In this document: positions 28,866 through 39,467 of the stretch, in pieces
How positions within the stretch are numbered: position 1 is the stretch's first letter
How the letters are laid out: each line of letters starts with the position of its first letter
Origin: Coriobacteriia bacterium
Lineage (GTDB): Bacteria > Actinomycetota > Coriobacteriia > Coriobacteriales > RUG033
DNA: 64,000 nucleotides
Direction: 5' to 3'
NCBI GenBank assembly: GCA_015655215.1
Contig: JAATFL010000012.1
Coordinates: 140,922 to 204,921, forward strand
Program-made: the position numbers and the translations under genes
Notes under the pieces: generated by a model
What the model saw: the letters and a program-made list of their open reading frames with translations, nothing else
Told to the model about the DNA's origin: nothing
The model's database searches: none

Positions 28866-29117
28866 TTGGTCAAGATTCGACTTGCTCGCCATGGTGCCAA
28901 GAAGGCTCCGTTCTATCGTATCGTCGTCACCGACCAGCGTCAGGCCCGCGATGCCAAGTGCATCGAGGAGATCGGTCGCTACAACCCCCGCACCGCACCG
29001 ATCCTCATCGAGGTCGACCTTGAGAAGTACGATTCCTGGGTAGCCAAGGGTGCTCAGACGAGCGATACCGTCACCCGCCTCGTCACCGAGGCCCGTAGCC
29101 GCAAGGCTGCTGAGTAA
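28866..29117 (+). CDS. rpsP: 30S ribosomal protein S16
   Basis: TTG start after AGGAG. (M)VKIRLARHGAKKAPFYRIVV. Confidence 0.95.
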   Translation: MVKIRLARHGAKKAPFYRIVVTDQRQARDAKCIEEIGRYNPRTAPILIEVDLEKYDSWVAKGAQTSDTVTRLVTEARSRKAAE

Positions 29118-29118
29118 C

Positions 29119-29370
29119 ATGGCCACCGCTCAGGAAGGCATCGTCGAGCTTGTGGGCATGCTTGCCCATGAGCTCGCAGATGAACCTGACGCCGTGGAGG
29201 TGAAGAGCACCGAGGTAGAGGGCGTGCTCTCCATCGAGATCGCGGTTTCCGCAAGTGACATCGGAAAGGTCATCGGCCGACAGGGACGTGTGATCAAGGC
29301 CATCCGCACCATCGCGCGCGCCGCCGCCGCACAGGAGGATTTCTCCGTCGACGTCGAGGTGCTCGGGTAA
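29119..29370 (+). CDS. ylqC: KH-domain RNA-binding protein
   Basis: The KH GxxG motif GKVIGRQGRVIKAIRTI. It lies between rpsP and rimM and is 83 aa long. Confidence 0.85.
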   Translation: MATAQEGIVELVGMLAHELADEPDAVEVKSTEVEGVLSIEIAVSASDIGKVIGRQGRVIKAIRTIARAAAAQEDFSVDVEVLG

Positions 29371-29373
29371 GGT

Positions 29374-29991
29374 ATGCCAGCTTCACATGCGACCGCGTGG
29401 GCCAACATCGCCCGTGTGGTCAAGTCGCAAGGACTCAAAGGGGAGGTCGTGGTGGTTCCCACCGACGGCCTTCCCTTTCTTGTGCGCGAGGGCATGGACG
29501 TGGTGCTGACGCCACCGCCCCTCAGGGGAGTCCGAAGCGCTCGCGTGGTCGCGGTTCGGGAACGTGCCAACGGCTGGGGCGTCCTCTTCGAGGGTGTCCA
29601 CGGCATCGACATCGCCTCCACCCTTGCCGGGAGGCTGGTCCTCGCTCGCAAAGCCGACCTGCCGGTGGACTTCTCAAGCGTCGAAGTAGCCGGCGCACGC
29701 CACCGTGCGGTGCACGACCGATGCCATGGCGACCTGGGGACCATCCGGGAGGTGCTCTCGTCGCCCGCCCAGGACGTCTGGGTCGTGCAGGGCCGCTATG
29801 GGGAGGTGCTCATCCCCGTGGTCGACGCGATGGTGCGCGACATCCCGTGCGACGAGGCGCTCCCCATCGAGGTCGACCTGCCGGAGGGCCTCGTGCCGGG
29901 GATGCCGCCGTCTTCCACCGACCACCCGTCGTCGCTCCCGGTGGATGACCTTCCCGCCACTTCGCCTGGACAAAGAGGTGGCAGGGTATGA
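29374..29991 (+). CDS. rimM: 16S rRNA processing protein RimM
   Basis: IARVVKSQGLKGEV N-terminal motif and a PRC-barrel-like C-terminus, followed by a Pro-rich tail. Synteny with trmD. Confidence 0.9.
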   Translation: MPASHATAWANIARVVKSQGLKGEVVVVPTDGLPFLVREGMDVVLTPPPLRGVRSARVVAVRERANGWGVLFEGVHGIDIASTLAGRLVLARKADLPVDFSSVEVAGARHRAVHDRCHGDLGTIREVLSSPAQDVWVVQGRYGEVLIPVVDAMVRDIPCDEALPIEVDLPEGLVPGMPPSSTDHPSSLPVDDLPATSPGQRGGRV

Positions 29992-30785
29992 TCATCGACG
30001 TCCTCACCACGTTTCCCGGGATGTTCGAAGGGTATATGTCCGCCTCGATCATGGGGCGGGCCCAACGGTGCGGGGCATTGACGTTTCGCGCGCATGACCT
30101 GCGCGACTACACCCACGACCGACACCGCACCACCGACGATGAGATCTACGGTGGCGGCCAGGGGTTGCTGATGAAGCCGGAGCCCGTATACGAGGCTATG
30201 GACGACCTCGGCACCACACCTCCGCGCGGCCGCGTGGTGCTCTTCGCACCTACGGGCGAACCCTTCTCGCAGTCCCGGGCGCTCCAGCTCGCATCCGAGC
30301 CCCGCCTCATCATGGTATGCGGACATTACGAGGGGCTCGACGAACGCATCTACGCATGCGCGGACGATATCGTCTCGCTTGGTGACTACGTGCTGACCGG
30401 GGGGGAGTTGGCGGCCATGGTGGTCGCCGACGCCGTCGTGCGACTCCTGCCGGGAGTCCTCGGGGACGAGGGTAGCTCGGTCGAGGAATCCTTTGGGGAG
30501 GGGCTGCTCGAATTTCCCCAGTACACCCGTCCGGCCGTCTACCGGGGGATGCCCGTTCCCGACGTGCTGCTCTCGGGCGACCACGGCCGGGTCGATGCGT
30601 GGAGGCGTCGTGCCGCCCTTTCGCGCACCGCCCTCCTGCGGCCTGACCTCCTCGACACCGCACCGCTCTCACAGGATGAGCGTGCCTACGTGGAGCGTCT
30701 CATGGCGGGAGAGGGCGACTCTGCTACGATAGACGCTACCATCGACTACACGGTTGCACGACGAAGGGACGCGACGCATGGGTAA
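29988..30785 (+). CDS. trmD: tRNA (guanine37-N1)-methyltransferase TrmD
   Basis: IDVLTTFPGMF, DDEIYGGGQGLLMKPEP, CGHYEGLDERI and GDYVLTGGELAAMV motifs. ATGA overlap with rimM. Confidence 0.95.
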   Translation: MIIDVLTTFPGMFEGYMSASIMGRAQRCGALTFRAHDLRDYTHDRHRTTDDEIYGGGQGLLMKPEPVYEAMDDLGTTPPRGRVVLFAPTGEPFSQSRALQLASEPRLIMVCGHYEGLDERIYACADDIVSLGDYVLTGGELAAMVVADAVVRLLPGVLGDEGSSVEESFGEGLLEFPQYTRPAVYRGMPVPDVLLSGDHGRVDAWRRRAALSRTALLRPDLLDTAPLSQDERAYVERLMAGEGDSATIDATIDYTVARRRDATHG

Positions 30786-31344
30786 GCATGGGGAACCCGC
30801 TTCGACGAGGGTCGACAAGGGGCATCCGGTACTCGAGTTCATCGTCATGCTCGCCGTCGCACTGGTCGTGGCATGGCTGCTGCAGACGTTCGTCGCGCAG
30901 TTCTACATCGTCCCCTCGGGCTCCATGGAACCGACCATCGAGACGAACGACCGGATCATCGCCGAGAAGGTCGACCTCAACGTGCAGCGGGGGGACATCA
31001 TCACGTTCGACGACCCCACCGGAGAGCACTCGACGCTCGTGAAGCGCGTCATCGCCACCGGTGGTCAGACCGTCGACCTCATCGACGGCACGGTGTACGT
31101 CGATGGTGTGGCGCTCGACGAACCGTACACGTACGGCAAGGAGTCGGTACCGCTCTCCTCGACGTTGGACAACATGCAGATCGATTTCCCGTACACCGTT
31201 CCGGACGGGTCCGTCTGGGTCATGGGGGACAATCGCACCAATTCGGCGGACAGCCGCTACTTCGGTGCCATCCCCGTGAGCTCCATCACGGGGAGAGCCA
31301 TCTTCGTCTACTTGCCGCTCAGCGCGATCGGCACCCTTGGCTGA
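30778..31344 (+). CDS. lepB: signal peptidase I
   Basis: The PSGSMEPT (catalytic Ser), VKRVIATGGQ and GDNRTNSADSRYFG boxes. The start is ATG at 30778, overlapping the trmD stop, or ATG at 30754. Confidence 0.9.
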   Translation: MGKHGEPASTRVDKGHPVLEFIVMLAVALVVAWLLQTFVAQFYIVPSGSMEPTIETNDRIIAEKVDLNVQRGDIITFDDPTGEHSTLVKRVIATGGQTVDLIDGTVYVDGVALDEPYTYGKESVPLSSTLDNMQIDFPYTVPDGSVWVMGDNRTNSADSRYFGAIPVSSITGRAIFVYLPLSAIGTLG

Positions 31345-31392
31345 CCTCGCATCGCCTGCACGTGCCCGACGTCGTAGCAAAGGAAGGTTGAC

Positions 31393-32349
31393 GTGACCAC
31401 CAGCGCCCCCACGTTCCAAGACATGATCCTCACCCTGCAGCACTACTGGGCCTCCCAGGGGTGCGTGATCCTCCAACCCTATGACATGGAGGTGGGTGCG
31501 GGTACCGATCACACGGCCACCATCCTGCGCTCGCTGGGGCCCGACGACTGGGCGACCGCCTACGTGCAGCCGTGCCGTCGACCTGCCGACGGCCGCTATG
31601 GCGAGAACCCCAACCGCGGGCAGCACTACTACCAGTTCCAGGTGCTCATCAAGCCGGCACCGGCGAACTGCCAGGATCTCTACATCGAGAGCCTCCGCGC
31701 CATCGGCGTCGACCCCGGGTCACACGACGTCCGCTTCGTCGAGGACGACTGGGAGTCCGCGGCGATGGGTGCGTGGGGTCTGGGCTGGGAGGTCTGGCTC
31801 GACGGTATGGAGGTGACGCAGTTCACCTATTTCCAGCAGATCGGCGGCATCGACGTCGATCCGGTCCCCTGTGAGATCACCTACGGTCTCGAGCGTCTCG
31901 CCATGTACGTGCAGGGCGTCGACTCCATCTACGACCTCGTCTGGACCCGTGGGGGCGGTCGCGTCTGCACCTACGGCGACGTCTTCCTCGAGAGCGAGCG
32001 CGAGTTCTCCGCGTTCAACTTCGAGCACGCCAACGTGCCCGTTCTCAAGCGGCACTTCGAGGACTACGAAGCCGAGTGCCATGCTCTCCTCGACGTCGAC
32101 CTGCCCCTGCCTGCCTACGAGTGCGTGCTCAAGTGCTCGCATACGTTCAACCTGCTCGATGCTCGCGGGGCCGTCTCGGTCACCGAGCGCAAGGCCTATC
32201 TTCTGCGTTGCCGCTCCATCGCCCGTGCCGTCTACGAGTCCTACCTGGCAAACGTCGCTCGACGGGATGGTGCCGAGAAGCCCGTGCCAGCCGTCGCGTC
32301 CGGAACCCCCGCGTCCGCCGTCGACGGCGGGAAGGGAGGCGTGCGATGA
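31393..32349 (+). CDS. glyQ: glycine--tRNA ligase alpha subunit
   Basis: GTG start after [25 protein letters not shown]...[17 protein letters not shown]...YYQFQV. Confidence 0.95.
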   Translation: MTTSAPTFQDMILTLQHYWASQGCVILQPYDMEVGAGTDHTATILRSLGPDDWATAYVQPCRRPADGRYGENPNRGQHYYQFQVLIKPAPANCQDLYIESLRAIGVDPGSHDVRFVEDDWESAAMGAWGLGWEVWLDGMEVTQFTYFQQIGGIDVDPVPCEITYGLERLAMYVQGVDSIYDLVWTRGGGRVCTYGDVFLESEREFSAFNFEHANVPVLKRHFEDYEAECHALLDVDLPLPAYECVLKCSHTFNLLDARGAVSVTERKAYLLRCRSIARAVYESYLANVARRDGAEKPVPAVASGTPASAVDGGKGGVR

Positions 32350-34424
32350 GTCGAGACCTGGTGTTTGAGATCGGTACCGAGGAGATCCCCTCCGCCCCGC
32401 TCTATCAGGCGACCGAGCAGCTCGGGACCCTCGCCGAAACGGCGTTTGCCGAGGCGCACCTCGCCCACGGCGCCATCGCCACGATGTCGACACCCCGTCG
32501 CATGATCCTCACGGTCGCCGACGTGGCCGACGCCACCGACCCGCTCTCCGAGCGCTTCCGCGGGCCGGCTGCCTCCATCGCGTTCAAGGATGGAGAGCCC
32601 ACCAGGGCCGTCATGGGCTTCGCCCGCGGGAAGGGCGTCGCCGTCGAGGACCTCGTCGTCGAGGACGAGGGTGGCAAGGAGTACGTCTACGCGGTGGTGG
32701 AGCATCCGGCCAAGCCCACGGCCAAGGTGCTGCCCGACCTGCTCTCGTCGCTTCCACCGGCGTTGCACTGGCCCAAGTCCCAGCGCTGGGGGAGGGGGTG
32801 CGAGCATTTCTCCCGTCCCGTCCGCTGGTTGCTCGCCCTGTGGGGGAAGGAGGTCATGCCCGCGACCTTCGCCGGTCTCACGGCCGGGCGCGTCACGCGC
32901 GGCCATCGTCTCCTGTGCAACCGGGAGATCGAGGTCCTCGACGCGACCGCCTTCTATCGGGAACTCACCACGGCGTTCGTCATCCCGTCCGCACCGGCGC
33001 GCGCAGCCGCCATCCGGGATGGCATAGCCCGGGCCGAGACGTCCACCGGGCTTCGCGCTGACACCCCCGCCAGCGCATTCGACGAGGTCGTCAACCTCGT
33101 CGAGTATCCCACGGTGCTCGTGGGCCACTTCGACGAGCGGTTCCTCGAGGTGCCCACCGAGATCATCACCGAGGCGATGCTCAAGCACCAACGCTATTTC
33201 CCGATGTACCATGCGGACAGAACGCTCTCCAACAGCTTCATCATCACCTCGAACGGAAAACCCTCGGCTACCGAGGGCATCATCGAGGGCAACGAGCGCG
33301 TCGTGCGCGCACGTCTCGACGATGCGGAGTTCTTCTACCGGGAGGACCTGCGTCACCCGTTGACGTTCTACGTCGAGGGACTCAGACGCGTCGTGTTCCA
33401 GGAGAGGTTGGGCAGCGTGTACGACAAGACCCAGCGCATCCGCGCCGTGGTGCACGCCATCGTGGAGGGTGAGGAGCTCGATACGCTCGACGCCGTCGCC
33501 GCCGAACGCGCCGCGCTTCTCTGCAAGGCCGATCTCGTCACGAGCGCCGTCATCGAGTTCCCGAGCCAGCAAGGCGTCATGGGCGGCTACTACGCCCGCG
33601 CGCAAGGCGAGGATGCGCGCGTGACCGAGGCCATCGCCGACCATTACCGTCCGCGCTTCGCCGGAGACGACCTGCCTCGCGGCGATGCGGGCAAGGTGGT
33701 CGCCCTGGCCGATAAGCTCGACACCATCTGCGGCATCTTCGCCATCGGGGAGGGGCCCACGGGATCGAGCGACCCCTATGCGCTCAGGCGCAGCGCCATC
33801 GGCATCGTGAACATCCTGCGCTCGGGACTCACGGTCTCGCTTTCCGCCGCCGTCGAGGCATCCTTCGTCTCGTACGGGGACATGCTCGGGTTCGACCACG
33901 CGGCCGTGCGCGAACAGGTCGTCGCGTTTTTGCGCACCCGTCTCGGGGTCATCGTCCGCGAGGCGGGTATCGAACCCGACGTCGCCTCTGCGGTGATGGC
34001 CACCGGCTCCGTCGAGCCGGCCGATGTCTTCGCGCGTGCCACGGCGTTGCAGCGGGCGCGCCAGGATGACCCCGAGCTGTTCTCCGACCTCTCCACCGCG
34101 TATGCGCGAGCCGCGAACCTCGCCGACCCCGCGCTGGGTTCCCAGATCGACCCCGCCTCGCTCACCGCCGAGGAACATGCGCTCTACCAGGCGCTCCGCT
34201 CGACTCAGGACGCGCTCCTCGACGCACGCGACGACAGGGGCCTGCCCGATTATCCGGCGATGCTCGCCTTGCTCTCGAGCTTGCGAGCACCCATCGACGT
34301 GTTCTTCGACGACGTCTTGGTGATGGACGACGACCGTGCGGTGCGTGAGCGTCATCTGCGTCTGCTCAACCGCTTCGTCGCAGCGTTCGACGGGGTCGCG
34401 ACGCTCGACCAACTCGAAGGGTAG
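32346..34424 (+). CDS. glyS: glycine--tRNA ligase beta subunit
   Basis: ATGA overlap with gly[14 protein letters not shown]-terminus and MLKHQRYFP motif, 692 aa. Confidence 0.95.
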   Translation: MSRDLVFEIGTEEIPSAPLYQATEQLGTLAETAFAEAHLAHGAIATMSTPRRMILTVADVADATDPLSERFRGPAASIAFKDGEPTRAVMGFARGKGVAVEDLVVEDEGGKEYVYAVVEHPAKPTAKVLPDLLSSLPPALHWPKSQRWGRGCEHFSRPVRWLLALWGKEVMPATFAGLTAGRVTRGHRLLCNREIEVLDATAFYRELTTAFVIPSAPARAAAIRDGIARAETSTGLRADTPASAFDEVVNLVEYPTVLVGHFDERFLEVPTEIITEAMLKHQRYFPMYHADRTLSNSFIITSNGKPSATEGIIEGNERVVRARLDDAEFFYREDLRHPLTFYVEGLRRVVFQERLGSVYDKTQRIRAVVHAIVEGEELDTLDAVAAERAALLCKADLVTSAVIEFPSQQGVMGGYYARAQGEDARVTEAIADHYRPRFAGDDLPRGDAGKVVALADKLDTICGIFAIGEGPTGSSDPYALRRSAIGIVNILRSGLTVSLSAAVEASFVSYGDMLGFDHAAVREQVVAFLRTRLGVIVREAGIEPDVASAVMATGSVEPADVFARATALQRARQDDPELFSDLSTAYARAANLADPALGSQIDPASLTAEEHALYQALRSTQDALLDARDDRGLPDYPAMLALLSSLRAPIDVFFDDVLVMDDDRAVRERHLRLLNRFVAAFDGVATLDQLEG

Positions 34425-34430
34425 GTTGCC

Positions 34431-35342
34431 ATGACGGCACCCCGACCCATACCCGAACCCGGTGAGGCCGACGCCTCCCTGCCCGCTAGGCGCGCGCGGG
34501 TCTCGCTGCCGGTCGTGCATGTGGTGAGCGACTCCCTCGGCGATACGGCCGCCGCCGTGGCGTTCGCCGCCGCAAGCCAGTTCCCCGCGGGCCACTGCAC
34601 CGTCGAGCGCCTGCCCAAGATTCGCGCGATCGGGGAGGTCGAGGCGTTTCTCGACGTGCATCAGAGACCAGGCGAGCGCGGCATCATCCTGTTCCATACC
34701 ATCGCCAACCATGCGCTGCGCGCCAAGGTCGTGTACCTTTGCGCCCAGCGCGGCGTCTACGCCGTCGACCTTCTCGGTCCTGCCATCGACGCGATGTCGC
34801 GTTCGTTGCAACTCGAGCCCTCGGGCAACCCCGGCGGCATCCGCGTGACCGATGACGGGTACTTTCGTCGCATCGATGCGATGGAGTACTCCGTCAACCA
34901 CGACGATGGGCGCAACCCGGAGGGGCTCATCGATGCCGACATCGTGCTCATCGGCATATCGCGCACATCGAAGACCCCCCTCTCGATCTTCCTCGCCTCG
35001 AAGGGGTACAAGGTGGCGAACATCCCCCTCGTCCCCGGCGTCGGGCCACCCGAGCAGCTCTACGAGGTGCCACGATGGCGTGTGTACGGTCTCATATCAT
35101 CGGCCCCGTACATCTCCGAGATCCGGTACAAGCGCCTTGGTCGGGCGGTGGGGGTCGCCGGTAGCTACGCCGACGTCGACCGTGTCCAATCGGATCTTGA
35201 CGATGCCCGGGCCCTCATGCGCAAACTGGGCTGTCTCATCATCAAGACTGACAACCGCGCCATAGAGGAAACCGCTCAAGAGATTCTGCGCTACTACCTG
35301 GCTGCACATGAGAAATTCCTTCCCGATGAGCGTGTACCATAG
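34431..35342 (+). CDS. pyruvate, phosphate dikinase regulatory protein (PDRP/PpsR family, DUF299)
   Basis: VVSDSLGDTA and the GISRTSKTPLSIFLASKGYKVANIPLVP P-loop motif. It lies directly upstream of ppdK. Confidence 0.9.
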   Translation: MTAPRPIPEPGEADASLPARRARVSLPVVHVVSDSLGDTAAAVAFAAASQFPAGHCTVERLPKIRAIGEVEAFLDVHQRPGERGIILFHTIANHALRAKVVYLCAQRGVYAVDLLGPAIDAMSRSLQLEPSGNPGGIRVTDDGYFRRIDAMEYSVNHDDGRNPEGLIDADIVLIGISRTSKTPLSIFLASKGYKVANIPLVPGVGPPEQLYEVPRWRVYGLISSAPYISEIRYKRLGRAVGVAGSYADVDRVQSDLDDARALMRKLGCLIIKTDNRAIEETAQEILRYYLAAHEKFLPDERVP

Positions 35343-35472
35343 ATTGGCACGCTTGTTTCAGATACGTTACATTCCGGGTTCATGTACGCGTGCACGATTC
35401 TTTCGCCATCGCTTTTCCACCGTTGCACATCGAGGAGCCCCCTGTGGGGAAACACGAGATAAGGAGCTTAAG

Positions 35473-38196
35473 TTGACTGAAGTAACCCAACGCGTGTATA
35501 GGTTCGGCAAAGACGCAACGGGCAAGAACGTCACCGAGGGCGGCAAGGAGATGAACGGGGTTCTCGGAGGTAAGGGCGCTAACCTTGCCGAGATGGCCAA
35601 GATGGACTTGCCGGTTCCCCCGGGGTTCACGATCTCATGCCAGACCTGCATGGAGTTCTATCACAACGGCAACGAGTTTCCCGAAGGCGTACCCGAACTC
35701 ATCCAGGAGCACCGTCTCGACCTCGAGCAGCGCATCGGCAAGCGCCTCGGCGACCCCGCGGACCCGCTGCTCGTCTCCGTCCGTTCAGGTGCGCCCTTCT
35801 CGATGCCTGGCATGATGGACACCGTTCTCAACCTGGGTCTCAACGACCGGTCCATCCAGGGGCTGATCAAGCAGACCGGTAATCCCCGCTTCTCGTGGGA
35901 CTCGTATCGTCGCTTCATCCAGATGTTCTCCAACGTGGTCATGAGCGTCGATGGCGATCTCTTCGAGAACGCGATCTCCGCCCGCAAGATCATCCGCGGC
36001 GTCCAAGGTGACAACGAGCTTCTGGCCGAGGACCTCGAGGCCCTCGTCGACGAGTTCAAGCGAATCTTCTCCGAGAACGTCTCCGCCGAGCAGTACCCCC
36101 AGCTCGTCGTCGATGGGAGGGCCAGCTTCCCGCAGGATCCCGACGTGCAGCTCGACCTCGCCATCCGCGCCGTCTTCGGCTCCTGGGGCAACGAGCGCGC
36201 CTGCATCTACCGCAAGCAGAACAAGATCCCCGACGACCTGGGCACCGCCGTCAACGTGCAGTGCATGGTCTTTGGCAACAAGGGCGACACGTCGGCCACC
36301 GGCGTCGCGTTCACGCGCAACCCCGCCTCCGGCAAGAACGAGTTCTACGGCGACTATCTGGTGAACGCCCAGGGCGAGGACGTCGTCGCCGGCATCCGCA
36401 ACACCCAGCCCATCTCCGACCTCAAGCACACCAGCGGTCTCGAGGAGGCCGGCCAGGAGCTCGAGGACGTCTTCGACAAGCTCGAGAGCCACTATCGTGA
36501 CATGTGCGACATCGAGTTCACCATCGAGCAGGGCAAGCTCTGGATGCTCCAGACCCGCGTGGGCAAGCGCACCGCCGCCGCCGCCCTGCGCATCGCCATC
36601 GAGATGGAGGAGGAGGGCGCGATCACCAAGAAGGAGGCCGTCTCCCGCATCGATCCCGCCCAGCTCGATCAGCTGATGCACCCGCAGTTCGACAAGAACG
36701 CCAAGTACGACGTCGTCGCCAAGGGCCTCAACGCCTCTCCTGGGGCTGCGGTGGGCGAGTGCGTCTTCTCCGCGAAGGATGCCATCGAGGCTGCAGCGGG
36801 CGGCCGCAAGGTCGTGTTGGTGCGCTGGGAGACCACTCCCGACGACCTGGGTGGCATGGTCGCCGCCGAGGGCATCCTCACCTCGCACGGTGGCAAGACG
36901 TCCCACGCGGCCGTCATCGCCCGCGGCATGGGCGTCCCCTGCGTCTGTGGCGTGGACAAGCTCCACATCGATGCGGCCGCCAAGTTCGCCACCGTCGCCG
37001 ACACCGACATCGTCCTGCACGAGGGCGACATGGTCTCCATCGACGGTTCCACCGGCAGCGTCGTTCTCGGTGCCGTCAAGCTCGTGCTCCCCGAGATGAC
37101 CGGTGACCTCGACACGATCCTCACGTGGGCCGACGAGTTCCGCCAGATCGGCGTCCGCGCCAACGCGGACAACCCCGCCGACGCCATCCTCTCCCGCAAC
37201 TTCGGTGCCGAGGGTATCGGTCTGTGCCGTACCGAGCACATGTTCCTCGGCGACCGCAAGCAGATCATCCAGAACTACATCCTCTCCTCCGACCAGCAGG
37301 TCAAGGACAAGGCGCTCTCCGACCTCTTCGCGGCTCAGGCCGAGGACTTCCTCGGCATGTTCGAGGCCCAGGACGGCCTGCCCGTCATCGTCCGCCTCCT
37401 CGACCCACCCCTGCACGAGTTCCTCGACGACCCCCGTTCACTCGACGTGCAGATCGCGCATCTCGAGGACGAGGGCGTCGACAACACGGTGCTCGAGGGC
37501 AAGCGCAAGCTCCTCGCCCAGATCGATAGCTTCGTGGAGTCCAACCCGATGCTCGGCCTGCGCGGTTGTCGTCTCGGCATCCTCTACCCCGAGCTCACCG
37601 AGATGCAGACGCGCGCCATCGCCACCGCGATGGCCCAGCTCAAGAAGAAGGGCCTCGACCCCCAGCCCGAGATCATGGTCCCGCTCGTGTGCGTCGATGC
37701 CGAGCTGGCGTTGCTGCGTACGCAGATCCAGGGCATCGTCGACGCGGTCGCCGCCGAGCAGGGCGTCGAACTCGAGATCCCCATCGGCACGATGATCGAG
37801 CTGCCGCGCGCCGCCCTCACCGCCGACCGGATCGCCGCGTACGCCGACTTCTTCTCGTTCGGCACGAACGACCTCACGCAGACGACGTTCGGCTTCTCTC
37901 GCGACGACGTCGAGGGCAAGTTCATGGCCCAGTACCTCTCCGCGCACCTGCTGCCCCGCAACCCGTTCGAGACGATCGACTCCGCCGTCGCGGACCTCGT
38001 CAAGACGGGTGCCGACCTTGGCCGACGCACGAACCCCAACCTCATGGTGGGTGTCTGCGGCGAGCATGGCGGCGATCCCGAATCCGTCATGACCTTGCAC
38101 GACAAGGGCGTCGACTACGTGTCCTGCTCGCCCTACCGCGTGCCGCTGGCCCGCCTCGCCGCCAGCCAGGCTGCCATCAGGAACCCCCGCGCATAG
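35473..38196 (+). CDS. ppdK: pyruvate, phosphate dikinase
   Basis: TTG at 35473 lies 6 nt after AAGGAG. YRFGKDATGKN...LGGKGANLAEM, the phospho-His motif GGKTSHAAVIARGMG, and the PEP-utilizers C-terminus GICRTEHMF...SFGTNDLTQ...GVCGEHGGDP. Confidence 0.95.
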   Translation: MTEVTQRVYRFGKDATGKNVTEGGKEMNGVLGGKGANLAEMAKMDLPVPPGFTISCQTCMEFYHNGNEFPEGVPELIQEHRLDLEQRIGKRLGDPADPLLVSVRSGAPFSMPGMMDTVLNLGLNDRSIQGLIKQTGNPRFSWDSYRRFIQMFSNVVMSVDGDLFENAISARKIIRGVQGDNELLAEDLEALVDEFKRIFSENVSAEQYPQLVVDGRASFPQDPDVQLDLAIRAVFGSWGNERACIYRKQNKIPDDLGTAVNVQCMVFGNKGDTSATGVAFTRNPASGKNEFYGDYLVNAQGEDVVAGIRNTQPISDLKHTSGLEEAGQELEDVFDKLESHYRDMCDIEFTIEQGKLWMLQTRVGKRTAAAALRIAIEMEEEGAITKKEAVSRIDPAQLDQLMHPQFDKNAKYDVVAKGLNASPGAAVGECVFSAKDAIEAAAGGRKVVLVRWETTPDDLGGMVAAEGILTSHGGKTSHAAVIARGMGVPCVCGVDKLHIDAAAKFATVADTDIVLHEGDMVSIDGSTGSVVLGAVKLVLPEMTGDLDTILTWADEFRQIGVRANADNPADAILSRNFGAEGIGLCRTEHMFLGDRKQIIQNYILSSDQQVKDKALSDLFAAQAEDFLGMFEAQDGLPVIVRLLDPPLHEFLDDPRSLDVQIAHLEDEGVDNTVLEGKRKLLAQIDSFVESNPMLGLRGCRLGILYPELTEMQTRAIATAMAQLKKKGLDPQPEIMVPLVCVDAELALLRTQIQGIVDAVAAEQGVELEIPIGTMIELPRAALTADRIAAYADFFSFGTNDLTQTTFGFSRDDVEGKFMAQYLSAHLLPRNPFETIDSAVADLVKTGADLGRRTNPNLMVGVCGEHGGDPESVMTLHDKGVDYVSCSPYRVPLARLAASQAAIRNPRA

Positions 38197-38231
38197 GGGG
38201 AGGGCTCGCGCGATCCTGCAAGGAGTCACCG

Positions 38232-38259
38232 AGGGGTCCGGCATCGATGCCGGACCCCT
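38232..38259 (+). terminator. palindromic hairpin downstream of ppdK
   Basis: AGGGGTCCGGCAT-CG-ATGCCGGACCCCT is a 13-bp perfect inverted repeat 36 nt after the ppdK stop. The following tract is only weakly T-rich. Confidence 0.5.
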
Positions 38260-38366
38260 TCCTGCGTCGTTACCCTCCCGTGGGAGGATGTCTGCGACGG
38301 TGCCTGTCACAATGGGAGAGGGATCTTACCGCCCATACGGGCGCGTCGCGATGGATTGGACCGACC

Positions 38367-39407
38367 ATGATGCTGATGAGGACCGATATCGAGCTTCGAG
38401 AGCATGCCGTGCTCTCTCCTCTGGCCGCCTTCGCCGACGAGTCCCGTGGGCGAAGGCGGCCAGAGGAACCCGATGGGTACCGGACGTGCTTCCAGCGGGA
38501 CCGCGATCGGATACTGCACTGCAAGTCGTTCCGGCGCCTCTCCCACAAGACGCAGGTCTTCCTCGCCGCCGAGGGTGACCATTACCGCACGCGTCTCACC
38601 CACACGCTCGAGGTGCAGCAGATCTCCCGCACCATCGCCCGTGCCCTCGGTCTCAACGAGGACCTCACCGAGACGATCGCACTCGGGCATGACCTTGGAC
38701 ACACGCCCTTCGGGCATACCGGTGAGTTCGCCCTCTCGCACGCACTCGCGCTTCGTGCCGGCGCCGACCCGGAGGGCGGGGAGAGGGGACGTCCCTTCAG
38801 GCATAACGAGCAATCGTTGCGCGTGGTCGACGTGCTCGAGAAGGATGGCCAGGGGCTCAACCTCACGTGGGAGGTGAGGGACGGCATCCTCTGCCACACG
38901 GGCACTCGGCAGGCCCGGACCCTCGAGGGACGTATCGTCGCCACGTCCGACCGTATCGCCTATGTGAACCACGACATCGATGACGCCATCCGCGGTGGCA
39001 TCATCGACGAGACGCAACTGCCCGTCTCGACGCACGCGTTGCTGGGGGCATCCCACGGCGAACGCATATCGACGCTCGTGAGTGACATGATCGCCGAAAG
39101 CGACCGCGTCGGGGACATCAGGCTCTCTCCTCCCATCTGGGACGCGATCGAGGAGTTGCGGACCTACCTGTTCGACAACGTCTACACGCGTTCGGATGCG
39201 AAGGAGGAGGAACCCAAGGCACGCAGGCTGATAGGTCTGCTGTTCGACTACTACATGGCCCATGTCGAGGAGGTCCCCGAGGAGTATCGCCGCGTCGCGG
39301 ACGGGCAGGCGGACCGCGCGGTCACCGACTACGTCGCGGGGATGACCGACCGCTACGCGCTGCACGACTTCGAGCGCCTGTACGTGCCCAGCTCGTGGCA
39401 CGGGTAG
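38367..39407 (+). CDS. dGTP triphosphohydrolase-like HD-domain protein
   Basis: FQRDRDRILHCKSFRRLSHKTQVF...DHYRTRLTHTLEVQQISR...LGHDLGHTPFGH and the VNHDIDDAIR motifs of the Dgt family. The start codon is uncertain (ATG at 38367 or 38376). Confidence 0.85.
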   Translation: MMLMRTDIELREHAVLSPLAAFADESRGRRRPEEPDGYRTCFQRDRDRILHCKSFRRLSHKTQVFLAAEGDHYRTRLTHTLEVQQISRTIARALGLNEDLTETIALGHDLGHTPFGHTGEFALSHALALRAGADPEGGERGRPFRHNEQSLRVVDVLEKDGQGLNLTWEVRDGILCHTGTRQARTLEGRIVATSDRIAYVNHDIDDAIRGGIIDETQLPVSTHALLGASHGERISTLVSDMIAESDRVGDIRLSPPIWDAIEELRTYLFDNVYTRSDAKEEEPKARRLIGLLFDYYMAHVEEVPEEYRRVADGQADRAVTDYVAGMTDRYALHDFERLYVPSSWHG

Positions 39408-39467
39408 GACCCCCGACCGGTCCGCCCACACGTCATCCGGTCGTGTCAGATGGGCCACGGGCGCGTG

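Noticed and set aside
31345-31392. T-box leaders upstream of glyQS (and upstream of proS at 60878-61034).
   Set aside because: The intergenic spacers, 48 nt and about 140-155 nt, are too short for a T-box (typically over 200 nt). I saw no T-box sequence (AAnnnGGGTGGTACCGCG-like).
32241-34901. An 886-aa ORF on the - strand, antisense to glyS and the PDRP gene.
   Set aside because: It overlaps genes with unmistakable motifs on the + strand. The translation is Arg/Gly/His/Asp-rich with no recognisable domain and no RBS, which is typical of open antisense frames in GC-rich DNA.
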